A DNA stretch of 64,000 nucleotides. Source: Callorhinchus milii. Taxonomy: Eukaryota. The DNA is taken from contig NW_024704742.1 in the NCBI RefSeq assembly GCF_018977255.1, positions 125,552,001-125,616,000 of the forward strand, given 5' to 3'. The first letter of the stretch is position 1, and each line of letters starts with the position of its first letter. Below are positions 38,064 through 49,951 of this stretch, one piece after another. Position numbers and translations under genes: made by a program. Under the pieces are notes generated by a model. The model made no database searches, was not told the origin of the DNA, and was given only the letters and a program-made list of their open reading frames with translations.

Positions 38064-39397
38064 AAGTGCTCTATTAAATGCAATGATTATTATTAAACAT
38101 ATTGCCAGTTTCAATGTGAGTTTATAATGGGATTTTCGAACTCAAAGTGTCACTGTTCAGTCAACAAGACTTGACATTTTTCATTGGTTTAAAATGTAAG
38201 ATTATGCAGAAGTTTGGAAAAATTTTAAATTGAATTTTAACCTTGAAGTTGGGTCTCAACCTTGACTGTCCAACACTTTGGGATGGCCTCCCTACATGAA
38301 AGGCACTATACAAATGTAATTTATTGTTGTCAACAGTTCTTCAAAGCACTGTGAAAATTCAGCATCACAACTCAGACTGAAATTTTAAAAAATCAGAACA
38401 TATGCAATCTTATATTTGAAGACAATGGTCTGAAGGGTAAGAACATGAGAAGTTCGGGGTCTCAGAGGAGAATAAATTTACTTAGTTTAACAAGAAACCA
38501 GAGCATCAACTGACTGGAGCTTCACTTTGATCTCAAACAGAGTCTCAAATTCTCTGATGTCTGTTCTTTCATCGACATCTCACTAACGTAATCACAAAGC
38601 TAAAAATTACATTACTTTACCTGCATTAGGCATGAACATGAAAAGGGCCTTTGAAACAACAATTTATATTTACAGTATATGTCGCCTTTCAAATTGGGGG
38701 AATGTCTTCAAGCACTTTATAAAATTTTCTAAAGAAACCTGAGATAGGCGGCTGAAATATTATTACTGTGTCCCCTTTCATTCCTTCCCACCTCCATATG
38801 CAAATGGGGTAAGTAATCATAAGTCAGCAAATTACAATAACAATAACAAAATTACATTTGTAAAGCGCCTTTCACGTTGGGAGGACATCCCAATGTGTTT
38901 ACCAGTATGTAAGTAGCCCCCAGGGCCATCAAAAAGCACTCCCCCCAACCAACCCACCACCAACACCGAAAATTCGCATCAATCTAGGCAAGTCCGTGTT
39001 TGATCGATTGTGTGTTTTCATTTTCTTCTTGAGTGAATAGCTCTTGATTTATGGCATCAATCAAGAAATATTCAATAAAGAAAATATATTTTGTTGGCTG
39101 TGGTTGGTCACCACTGAATTACTGCAAACTGCTTTGCCAGGGGGGTCCCCTCAGAGCTAGTTCATACCCCTGAGAGTTCATTTTATCCACTTAGAAAAGA
39201 TATAAAGCTGAGCACACCAAGTGGGTCATGATGCAAGTGTAAGTAAGAGATCTTTGCCGTCGGTTTCTGCTGTGTGACACACTTTAAGGGGTCCATGGAG
39301 GGAAGTCATTAACCCACATTAAAAACAGGAAGAAACACCAGTGATCTTAAAATGAGATCCATGTAGCCATTGCTCTCATGTGTTTCTAACAGAACAG

Positions 39398-39758
39398 CAG
39401 TCTTGTAGCTCAGTGATCAGAGAACTCGCCTTGCAAGCGAGAGACCTGGGTTTGATTCCCGGCAGGGTGAAATATTGGGCAAGTTTCCTTACTCCACATG
39501 CCTCTGTTTACCTAGCATTAAGCAGGAACCTGGTTGTTAGTCGATTGGTGGATCGCTTTTCCAGGGATAATAATTCCTTATATAAAAAAGGTCACTTCAA
39601 TCCACAACTGTTTGTGGGACACTGCTGTGCACAATTGCCTTCTGTGTTTTGCCCACAAAATAAACAGTCAATTTACAGAATATTCTATTAAGCACTTTGA
39701 GACACCTCAAAGGCATAATAACGCGCTACATCAAATGCAAGGATTATTATTATTATTA
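39398..39758 (+). mobile_element. Full-length tRNA-derived SINE, long variant (extra about 63 nt at 39504-39566)
   Basis: Same head and tail as the short variant. The extra segment ctgtttacctagc...gatcgcttttcc recurs at about 16155-16225, 19660-19730 and 45980-46035. Confidence 0.85.
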
Positions 39759-40259
39759 ATAGTCATTAATTAGTCCTCCCTGATACCAAGCCCCTGTTCC
39801 TCCCTGATACAAACCTCCAGCTCAGGCCCAAATCCCTGACTGTCCAACACCTTGGAATGTCCTCCCAAAGTGAAAGGCTCAATATTAATGTAATTTTGTA
39901 TTGTATTTGCATTGTGCAAAGTTGCCTTGCTGAAGAGCACTTAACACAAATCTAACACATCAACATGGAGATTTTTAATAATGCATTTAAATTTTTTTTA
40001 TAAAGTTAAAATTTATTTTAATCAATTGACTGTTTGTGAGGCACTGCTGTGCGCAATTGGATGACATGTTTCGCCAACAAAATACACAGTCAGTACACTT
40101 TTGCAGCATATATTACCAACAAAGTGATAAGGCACTACATCAAATGCAAAGATTATTATTATTATGGACACTGAAAATGGTCAAGGTATTGATACAAGTG
40201 CTCAAATGAACAAACAAACGATTGGGATGGGATACATCCCATGTATCTCAGGACATTAC

Positions 40260-40388
40260 CTGCGCAGTGTTGAAAAAATGTGCAGAGGGGATTTCACCTT
40301 CTTCTCACTCAGCTTTTTCCCATGAGAGCAGTTGAGTTTCTCCTTGCTGTTCTGCTTCCACTGCTGTGTAACAAATGTCTGCATAATT
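40260..40388 (-). CDS. PARP8: parp8 coding exon (approx. exon 11), 129 bp: IMQTFVTQQWKQNSKEKLNCSHGKKLSEKKVKSPLHIFSTLR
   Basis: Acceptor ccccgcag, donor gtaatg. Matches PARP8 IMQTFVTQQWKQ...SEKKVKSPLHLFSTLR. Confidence 0.95.
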
Positions 40389-41139
40389 CTGCGGGGTTTG
40401 GGGGGAGAGAGAGAAGGTGTGAGGAAATATCAAATCTGCCGTGTTAATGAATGGCAGAAGTAACAATCTGGTTACACTTCATTAAGACATCTTCAAGCAT
40501 CGGATCTTCAAACTAATTGGCTTCACTGGCCGATCCACTCCAGCCATCGCTGGGATCAAAGGAAAGATCCCGACTGTATTTGTAACTTTACGCTATGTTC
40601 CTGTGACTGACTCTCTGGCACTCTGCTAGCTTCTCGCTGTGACATATCCCCTGCCCTGACAGAGACTTGAGACATTAAGCAGATCCCTGCCCTATTCTTC
40701 AAAGGGTTCATCTCAGTTAAGAAGCTGCTGACGAGTAGATTGTCTCCAGTAAAACATTGCCACCTTGTACAGTTTATTTGCTTTAATCCTGCTACTGTTG
40801 AAGGCTTCATTATCTTATTAGTTCAAGGAAATAAACATCTCTGGAATATAGTAGCTTTATTGGGAACACTCAAAATAAACAACATATTTCTTATTCAATC
40901 CTCCCTTTAGCTAAACAATGGGGAATAAAGAAATCCACTTAGACCTTACACACCAGTGCTAACTAATTTGGCCAAATGGCCATATCCACTTTGCATTATA
41001 TCCTGTGAAGCAATCTGAGACGTCTCAATGACGCAATGAGGGGCTATATCAAATGCAAGGATTGTTATTATTCTCTGTAATTTAATTGTAATCTGGAATA
41101 ATTCTAAGGGATTTTGCTTTCAGAAATGCTTGCTTAAAC

Positions 41140-42003
41140 ATCAACCTCCATGGTTGCACACTACAACTCACCAAGCCAGTCAGGAACCTGGGTGTCTTGT
41201 TTAATAATAATAATAATAATAATAATCCTTGCATTTGATATAGCGCTTTTCACGTCGGGAGGACGTCCCAAAGCGCTTCACAGAACACACTGTAAAGTGA
41301 ATTGACTGTATATTTTTGACCCTCAACTGTCTTTTCTTCCCCACATCCAAGCCATGACCCGCTCTGCCTTCCCTCACCTCCGTAAACATCACCCAACTCC
41401 GCCACTACCTCACCCCTCAGGCCACTGAAACTCTTGTTCATGCCTTCATCACCTCCAGGCTCAACTATGCAAACGCCCTGCTTGTTGGCCTTCCCAACTA
41501 ATCCAGAACTCTGCAGCCCGTGTCCTCTCCTGCACCAAACTCCATGACCCCATCTCCCCCACTCTCACCCGACTCCATTGGCTCCCTATGCTCAGAGGAT
41601 CCAGTTCAAGATCCTGGTCCTCACGTACAAAGCCCTCCATGGCCTCACCCCACCCTACCTCTGCAATCTCCTAACCCCCTACCAACCCGCCCGTTCCCTC
41701 TGCTCAGTCGGCTCTGGCCTGCTCCACGTCCCCCGACCCACCCGCCCCACCATTGGCGGGAGAGCATTCAGCTACTCTGTCTCCAACCTCTGCAATTCCA
41801 TCCCCCAGTCACTCCGCCTCACCCCCTCCTTAGCCTCCTTCAAGTCCCACCTCAAGACCCTCCTCTTCGACCATGCCATCGGCCACCCCCCTTCCCCTCC
41901 CCCGCCAACCCCATCTCGGGTCTGAAATGTTGTACTCTGTCCAGCGCCTGGGGACGTCCTCCCGACGTGAAAGGCACTATACAAATGTAATCGTGTTGTT
42001 GTT
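41140..42003 (+). mobile_element. L2 3' fragment interrupted by an antisense SINE tail (41202-41315)
   Basis: ORF 41578..41925 RIQFKILVLTYKALHGLTPPYL...SFKSHLKTLLF. The L2 sequence resumes across the insert (gtcttgtt / tgaccc). Confidence 0.88.
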
Positions 42004-42845
42004 AAAAGAAATCCTGAAGCAAAATGTAGACAGATTTCTAGGTATTAATTCCACATTGTTTAACTAATAGGAAAGACTTAATAAAAAATGTTTCTTTGAC
42101 ATCAGAGGAATGTGTGAAGAAGGAAAAACAAAGGACCTGGAATCTGGAATTAAAGAGGAAGTTAACATGACTTTACGAAACAGAGTTGTGTCATATCAGG
42201 AAAATCCTTAGAATTCTTTGAAGTGATGACACAATGTGTAGACAAGGGGAATTCAGCAGTTGTTAATATATGCAGATTTTAGCAAAACTTTTGAAACAAT
42301 ACCCCATAGGGAATTGACGCACAAGACTGAAAGAGATGGAAACAGGTAGGACAGGGAATACAGAACTTCTGAAGTGTAACAGAAATTGGTTTAATTATCA
42401 AACGACGTTTGGTTGTGTACAGTGCTGCTTCAGTACAGAAGGAGGCAACTGGTTCAGAAATCAGAGCTCTCTCTGATAGGTAATTTTCCATTATAAACAT
42501 GGAATGAGAAAGCTTTCTAATGCTAGCGATCAGCACACGATAAACTCCTAAGTGCGACAATGATTTACATAATTTTACATTCCCAGCCAGCAACCCAGAT
42601 TAACTGGTTGTTTCCCTCATGGTTATTTGCAGGACCTTGTGTGTGCAAACGGCAACCCCATCCCCCAGTCACTCCGCCTCATCCCCTCCTTACAAATACA
42701 GTCACTACACTTGAAAATTAACTTCCTGTAACAAATGTTACAATGTTTTGACGAAATGAAGTCCTATAAAAATGCATCGTTTTTCTTTCATTTTCTCTCT
42801 TTTCTAAATTTTACAAACTACCTTAATGTTTGCGGAAACACTTAC

Positions 42846-42912
42846 TTTTTCAATTGATGTCCAAGTCCAAAGCGTTCCTTCGTTGATGTCTGGAAAACAT
42901 CAACTGTTGGTA
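42846..42912 (-). CDS. PARP8: parp8 coding exon (approx. exon 10), 67 bp: (V)PTVDVFQTSTKERFGLGHQLK(K)
   Basis: Acceptor tcacag, donor gtaagt. Phase 1 to phase 2, consistent with the flanking exons. Confidence 0.95.
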
Positions 42913-43969
42913 CTGTGAATGTACAGGAGAAAAAGATATAATCAGGAAACCACAAATGTAGCCATCATATTATGTTAACGTCCACAAAATGAAATGCTGT
43001 ATCTACACAGTGGTACTGGGTGGTTTAATGACCAGTAAAGACTTATCAGACCTCTGCTGAATTGGCAAACATAGAAAATGAAGTTGTTAAACGCACTACA
43101 TAGATAAATACCGACAGGACATGGGGATTAACACACAAGAGGGAAATGCTTCAGTAAATCCACTCACAGTTTATAAATTAGCTTATTTAATTTTCCTTCT
43201 TGGGAAAATGAAGATACAGATCAGACACAGTGTAAGAAAAGTCAGGCCTTCAAGCTTTCTGCCCCACCCTCCAGAATTCCATCACAGAGCCCCTCCGCCT
43301 CACCCCCCTCCCTTGCCTCCTTCAAGACTCATCTTCAAGACCATCCTCCTTGACTTTGCCAATGCCCCTCGTATGGGGGTTGAGCAGCTGGTACTGAGTA
43401 CGGGTACTAAGTAAGCCTGGTATGGGACATTGGACTTGGACCTCGAGAACATCAAGGTGGCTAGCACATCACAAGCTGCACTGTAAAGATCTTCCCACCA
43501 TGTTAAGGCAGATAATAATGATCCTCACATTTGATATAGCGCTTTTCAGGTCTTCTAGATGTCTCAAAGCGCTTCACAGAATATACTGTAAAGTGAATTG
43601 ACCATATATTTGTGGGTGAAACACGATGCCCGCCTCCCCCATATGACTGATGAGGAACCTCTGAGGCTTGGAATGACAGCTGCTGGAAGGCACTACCTGA
43701 AGTCTGAGTTCATAACACATATACGTACATCCAACGCCTGCAATCCACCTTGATTGGCCTGCAGAAAGGCAAGCAGCTGCTGCTTAAACTCTACACCTCC
43801 TATTAGTGGAACCACCACTCAATGGGAAGGGACGGGGTGCCCGAGCTGCGGACAGGAAGATGGTGGCAATGCTCTCACGCATTTCATGCTGAGATGTGTT
43901 GCCCACTAGGGAGTTCCTGGTACTTATCATTCACTTATTCACCAAGTGATGGCTCAAACCCGCGCTTGT

Positions 43970-44182
43970 GGAGTCCTGTAGCTCAGTGGTTGGAGAGCTC
44001 GCCTTGCAAGCGAGACACCTGGGTTCAATTCCAGGCAGGGCGAAACCTTGGGCAAGTTTCCTTACTCCACACGCCTAATAATAATCCCTCCGAAACAAAA
44101 CGATAATAATAAAATTGAGACGTCTAGAAGATGTGAAAAGCGCTATATCAAATGCAAGGGTTATTATTATTATTATTATTAT
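43970..44182 (+). mobile_element. tRNA-derived SINE with internal deletion
   Basis: Intact head joined directly to the tail (aataaaatt/gagacgtctagaagatg); most of the body is missing. Confidence 0.82.
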
Positions 44183-44184
44183 TG

Positions 44185-44640
44185 TTGGATGTTGAACAAC
44201 CAATAAGTGATTATCCTCCTTGTGCGGGAGGTAAGTGGAGTCTCCTTGGAGTTGAACTGGTTCCAAGGTGACATGCTTAGCAAGGGAATGTCGGAATCGA
44301 GCCAGCCCTCTGTGGCGGTCTCGGTCGTCCAGTTCCTGAGCTAGGCAGGTCCACACTTTTCCGGGGCACTGCTGTTGACAGCACAGCCAGCCTGTCTCAT
44401 CAACAGGACCTGGAAGAGCTAACCTATCACTGGGAGCAGGCAGTCATCCAACTCAGCTCCTGCAAGCCAAAACCCTAATGGATAGAGTGGTCCTAGCTGG
44501 ATAAGCAGCGAGAAAGCTTGCCAGACAGTAATAATCAATGGTAAACTATGCAGTCTTAGCTGGTTATAGAGTTCAGCAGTACGGCGATGGGTCAAGCATG
44601 GTGATGGTTTTCCACACGTGTCACAGACCCAGCCGACAAC
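44185..44640 (-). repeat. Unclassified old interspersed repeat
   Basis: Colinear similarity to 25399-25960(+). The terminal motif ctgacac...ggaaa.ccatcac also occurs at about 21915-22020(-), 23680-23780(+) and 50385-50425(-). Confidence 0.5.
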
Positions 44641-44677
44641 CCCCCCACCCCTCCCCCCTCCCATAAATAAATGGTTC

Positions 44678-45010
44678 CTCGCTCAGGAGTTAAATGTCCT
44701 GTTGTACTAAGCTACATAGATCTGCTGGAAGGTCTGAGTTGAACCCATAGCCTGTACTGTGTGAGCTGATCTCAGCAAGCGTTGAGGGCATTATGTTTAA
44801 GCCTTGTATTAAGCCGGACATCGCAGCCCTGATCTCTATCCAGTTGTCGCTGCTGGAAGCATTCCTGTTTGCTCAGGAGGTGATCAGATTTGCTATGATG
44901 CCACCATGGTCGAATAGGCTGCCAACACTCATTGTTTAAACTCAGAAGTAGAAGATGACTTTGTGAGTGATGTACCAGTGTGTGGTCAGTGCCTGCAGCA
45001 CTGCACCGGG
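44678..45010 (+). mobile_element. AmnSINE2-like ancient SINE
   Basis: gagctgatctcagc, cctgatctctatccagt and atggtcgaataggctgccaacactcattgt match the recalled AmnSINE2 consensus. Further copies at about 1450-1620(-), 52020-52270(-), 52500-52750(+) and 62610-62730(+). Confidence 0.55.
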
Positions 45011-45756
45011 GATAAAACAATTATTTTGGCAAATATACACCAGAAACCACTGATCCCCAGCACTTCCACATACTCTTCACTTTCCAGTTATGCACTAGTG
45101 CAGGAGAACTATCAAATGAAGGGGAAAAACAGAGAGCAGATTTTATTAAAAAAATGATTAAATATCTTTCACCTCCATGTTACTCCATGAAAGTAACACC
45201 TTGAAGCCAGTTGAACTCCTATTTTGCACTTTACTTTTTATCCAGTTAAACCATCCACAGTGTAGCTAAGATTTATTAGGGTATTACTAGGGATGAATAG
45301 ATACAGCCATCAACAAAGATAACAGGTAAGTGCTCTTCTTTATGGAGATGATATGATTGAGTGGGGACCTGATAGGGATGCTTAAAAATTATGAAAGGAA
45401 TTGAATAAGATGGACTTTGATAAGCTGTTGGTAAGACATAAACAAAGGGCAATAAATATACAACAACATAATTACATTTATATGGGGCTTTTCATGTCGG
45501 AAGAAAGTCCCAAGGCACTGGGCATAATAACGACACCAACAACTTGCATTTAAGAGAGTGAGTACCAGATCTAAAAGGGAAGTATAGGATGAACTTCTTT
45601 ACACAGAGTGGGGCAAGAATGTGGAACTCACCCCTGGAAGCTGTGGTTGAAACAATATATTTCAGAGGACACTTGAGGCATGCATGAGGGAGAAGAGGAT
45701 TGAGGGTGATTTGGAAGGATGGAGGCTCGCATGGAGTATAAACATTGGCATAGATA

Positions 45757-46035
45757 AAATAATAATAATAATCCTTGCATTTGATATAGCGCCTTATCAC
45801 GTCTTTGAGACGTCTCAAAGCGCTTCGCAGAATGTACTGTAAAGTGAATTGACTGTATATTTTGTGGGCAAAATGCGGCAGCCAATTGCACACAGCAGTG
45901 TCCCACAAACAGTCGTGGATTGAGTGATCAAATAATTATTTATTTTTTAGTTATTTTTATTTTTGATGGGATAGAAAAACTATCCGCCAATCGACTAACA
46001 ACCAGGTTCCTGCTTACTTGCTAGGTAAACAGAGA
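45757..46035 (-). mobile_element. tRNA-derived SINE, long variant, 5' truncated
   Basis: Tail gagacgtctcaaagacgtgataaggcgc and part of the long-variant segment. Confidence 0.8.
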
Positions 46036-46157
46036 CTGAATGGGCACGTTTTCGTGCTGTAAGATTATATGTAATAAAAATAGAAGAGTATGGAACAAAG
46101 CTGTGTTTGTGTCTCGATGTAATGTAAATGCATGGGGGTATGGACAGCAGCACTAAC

Positions 46158-46248
46158 CTGGGCCATTCAGATACTGTGTGAGAGAGCAGTGCAATCGCAC
46201 TATTACGGGTTCTGTCCGAATTACGTCCCATGCAATAGCAATCTCATC
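46158..46248 (-). CDS. PARP8: parp8 coding exon (approx. exon 9), 91 bp: DEIAIAWDVIRTEPVIVRLHCSLTQYLNGP
   Basis: Acceptor gtgacag, donor gttagt. In frame with neighbours; matches PARP8 EEIAVAWEVIRTEPIIVRLHCSLTQYLNGP. Confidence 0.95.
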
Positions 46249-48593
46249 CTGTCACAAAGTCAGGCAAGCAGAAAGAAAGCAATTTATTCAGAGATATAAA
46301 AGCAACAAAATCCATCAGAAACCTATAATGAATTATTGCACTAAGTACACACTTCATTCGCTCACTAATATATTGGAACAAAACACTTTCATATCTTTTG
46401 TGTGCCGAACTTGACTGTGCTTACATTGTCATGCTAACAATCCAGTCATGCTTGACTTGCCTTAAATTGTAACAGACAGGAGTTTATTTTTTGCAATCAG
46501 CTGCAAACACTAGATAGGAACAATTAAAATACAAGGGGAGCTTAGCACATCCAGTGTGAGGCCCGTTAATTATTTAAATGTCACCCTTGACTGCCCGCAT
46601 ACGGCAGAGTAATTAATGAATGAACTTCCTTCTGTGACCTGCTTTTAACTATATTGCTCTATCATTTTACTTGTGCTTCACACAAGGAGCCCAAGCTTGA
46701 GGGTGGGTGGGGGAGGAATGAATTGGGGGAGGAAAGGGAAATTGGACAAAAAGATTGGTGTTAAAATAGACCAGATGCTATACTGGTCTATATGTCTTTG
46801 ACATACTGGTTGACATAAGAACCTATTCTCACATACGACTCTGACATTGTCCTGGAGAAGCCTGAAATTCCAGCCTGTTGTTGCCTACAGAGCAATTTCA
46901 ACTTATAATTTAAGATTATGCACCACTGTGGAAAATTCTTAAACTCAGTCTGAATTTGGAAGCAGAAAAAACAGCTTCTAACATAAGGCTGAATTTAAGA
47001 ATTGTCCAAAATTCTGCTCCATCTTAAATTTTAAGACAAAATGAGTCTTGAAGACTCAGACTAGGTGGAAATTGGATCTCCAGTCTCCTAGTTAGGAAGC
47101 AGAGATTCGGCAAAGGCTTAGTTAGTGACTAAGGGAGCCTGCATCACTTATCTTTTATCAGCTTCACTTGTGGCCTAACAACTGGAACAGGTTACGAGGC
47201 CATCACTGGCCAGAACACTGGACCCATTTAGAAAACAGCTTAATGATGTGATGGGAGAATGGGAGGATGAGTATTCTGGAAAGATGAGACCAAATGGGCC
47301 AAAGGGCCTTCTTCATCCAAACTGATCTTAGCTCATCTAAAAGATACATGGGTACTAGCTTGTTTGAGTCACTTAACATTAGATTTGTTCTTTCTCAGGA
47401 TGTGGGAGATGCTAGTAGGGCCTTCATTTACTGTTTATTCCTAGTTTTGCTGAGAAGGCAGTGTCTACTTAAACTTTAAAAGGTTTGTTGCAACCATTTG
47501 CAAGCCAGGCTCTGACATTTATGTAGGCTGCTGGCCTGGATGCTTTATGTTCTTATTTCATCTCCGTCTTCTCCCCAAACAAAAAACTCCTTCAAAAAGT
47601 CCATAAGTTATATTATATTATAAAAATAATATATTAAAAATTATATTCTCACTTTCAAAAATCACTTCCCCCCCCCGAGGGCTTGAGCCAGCGATATTGG
47701 AGGAGGCACAGTGTCAAAACTACACTGAGTCCTCACCAACTACTCCATCAGCTACATAATGTGACAACCAGTAAGTAGAAACTCCTCCTGGGTCTAGATT
47801 TACTCTTTTAATCTATCAATTAAGAGCATCCAGAATTTTTCCATTTTGCCAAATATCTGTACTCTGAAAAGCTACCCTGACAGAGTAAATTTGAACCTTG
47901 GTGGAATCTCTGCTCAAAGGAGAGGGGTTGGGTGGGGGGTGGGAGATGGAGGGGTGGTGGGAGTCGTGGTGGCTAGACTCTGCTTGTCAGCAATTTATAC
48001 CGTAATTTTAAATTCACAGGGACGAGAGTTTGTGGCAATGGAGTAACAAATACGTTGTTAACAAAGATTTCCCAATTTCCAAGTACCTACCAATGCCACT
48101 ACACACATACTCTCAGCCACTTATCTCGACTGCACAACTCCCTTGCACCACTGCTGTGAAGAGGTTACAGCCATTACCTGTCATTATACTGCAAAACTTC
48201 AGCTCTAACTGAGGGCTTCAATACTCCCTCGTGGATCAGCCTTCTTAGTTGCAGAGATTTGGTGAAATTCCGCCTTAATGGCCTTTAATAAACCGTTAAC
48301 ACGAGTTTGTTATTATCAAGTTGCCTTTTATTCTGGAAACAATTTTTTTGCCAGTTTTTCAGGGGCAGGAATTTCACCCGTAGCGCTAAGCAATTTGTCA
48401 GCGAGAATGCCTCTGTTAACACACGGCCTACATTTTTTTTATGAAGACTGAGGAACTTTGAGCACTAAGGAACGATATGCAAAAGCTCTCTATTGCAATA
48501 TGAAGCAATGGCATCAATCAATTCATTCACAGGTAAGTTGTGTTTTTCAAGAGTCGTGTTGTAATGAAGTGAACCACAGGGATCTTTACTCAC

Positions 48594-48654
48594 ATCGAGA
48601 AAGCTGACATCAATATGCAAGTCGATATCCACATCGTCAATTGCGCCATACTCC
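48594..48654 (-). CDS. PARP8: parp8 coding exon (approx. exon 8), 61 bp: (R)EYGAIDDVDIDLHIDVSFLD
   Basis: Acceptor tttcag, donor gtgagt. Translation matches the recalled human PARP8 segment REYGAIDDVDIDLHIDVSFLD. Phase 2 to phase 0. Confidence 0.95.
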
Positions 48655-49629
48655 CTGAAAAAGAAATTGTGCTGTGATGAATTCTAAAGGAATATTTCAG
48701 GAAGTGATGTGTTCGGCAAGGAAGAAGCATTTTGGAACCATGAGCCTTCTAAACATTTTGAGTCACTTTTTTTTAAAAAAGAGAATCAAACTTTTGCACA
48801 CATAGCATGGTTCCTCCCTCCCTCCCTTTTCTTTTCCTTCTCTCTACTTTGACACTTAAGTCAGGCATGTTGTTTGTGTTAAGAATCGAGTGCTGAAGTA
48901 TACTGAATAAACTGAAAAAGTCAATTTCATAACCTTAAAAAGAAATGGCTTGACATGTTCTTGCAGGCTGATGTTGCAATGTTTTTCTACAATACTTAAT
49001 CTGCCAATTTAAAAATATCTGGAGTCTCAAACAAGGTATTGGAAGTCATTGCATCATACTGATGATTGCTTAATCCCCAGAAACACAGGGGAGTCAATAG
49101 CATCCACAGCGTCAGTTATAAATAGCAGCTCAGACCAAACAGTGAATGGGATTAAAACAGGTGAGTGAGTTGCTGCTGGTTCATGGATGTCAGTTCCAAG
49201 CTTGCATTAGAAATTCAGGGCAGATATAGACTAAATGTAAAATGGCCCTGCATTTGCCACTGGGCAAGAATGATGATCGGTTTAGCCTAGAATTCTGAAA
49301 ACTTATTTCCCTTTAAATCACCATATATTTGTCAGAATTATTACCCTCCTTCAATATTCTCCCACCTTCTCCTGAGTATGAGGACTTAACTTCAGGGCAT
49401 AGTTTCATTGACATCAGAAACCTGGTAAGTGACCGTTCTTCATGTGTGAGCTCAAATAGGACACAGGAACTTCTGCACCCAAGGGGCCATTCTGCACCCA
49501 AGGGGCCATCATATCTGTGCCACAGAACATGGATATTGATAAAAAAAACAAATTTACTGCTGGAGGGGCATCAAAGCCGAGCCCAATGTAGTCTTTACCT
49601 GGCCATTTCTACACAAAGTGAAATATATC

Positions 49630-49951
49630 AAATAATAATAAATAATAATAATCCTTGCATTTGATATAGCGCTTTTCACATCTTCTGGACTTTGCAAAGC
49701 ACTTCACAGAATATACTGTAAAGTGAATTGACTGTATATTTGTAGGCAAAACACAGTAGCCAATTGCACACAGCAGTGTACCACAATCAGTTGTGGATTG
49801 AAGTGACCAATTTTTTTTCTTCTTCTTCTTGAGGGATTATTATCAGGAGCGTGGAATAAGGAAACTTGCCCAGGGTTTCACCTTGCCAGGAATCAAACCC
49901 AGGTCTCATGCTTGCGAGGCGAGTGCTCTCACCACTGAGCTATAAGACTCC
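49630..49951 (-). mobile_element. Full-length tRNA-derived SINE
   Basis: Head ends ...gagctataagactcc; body and tail as in the other copies. Confidence 0.85.
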
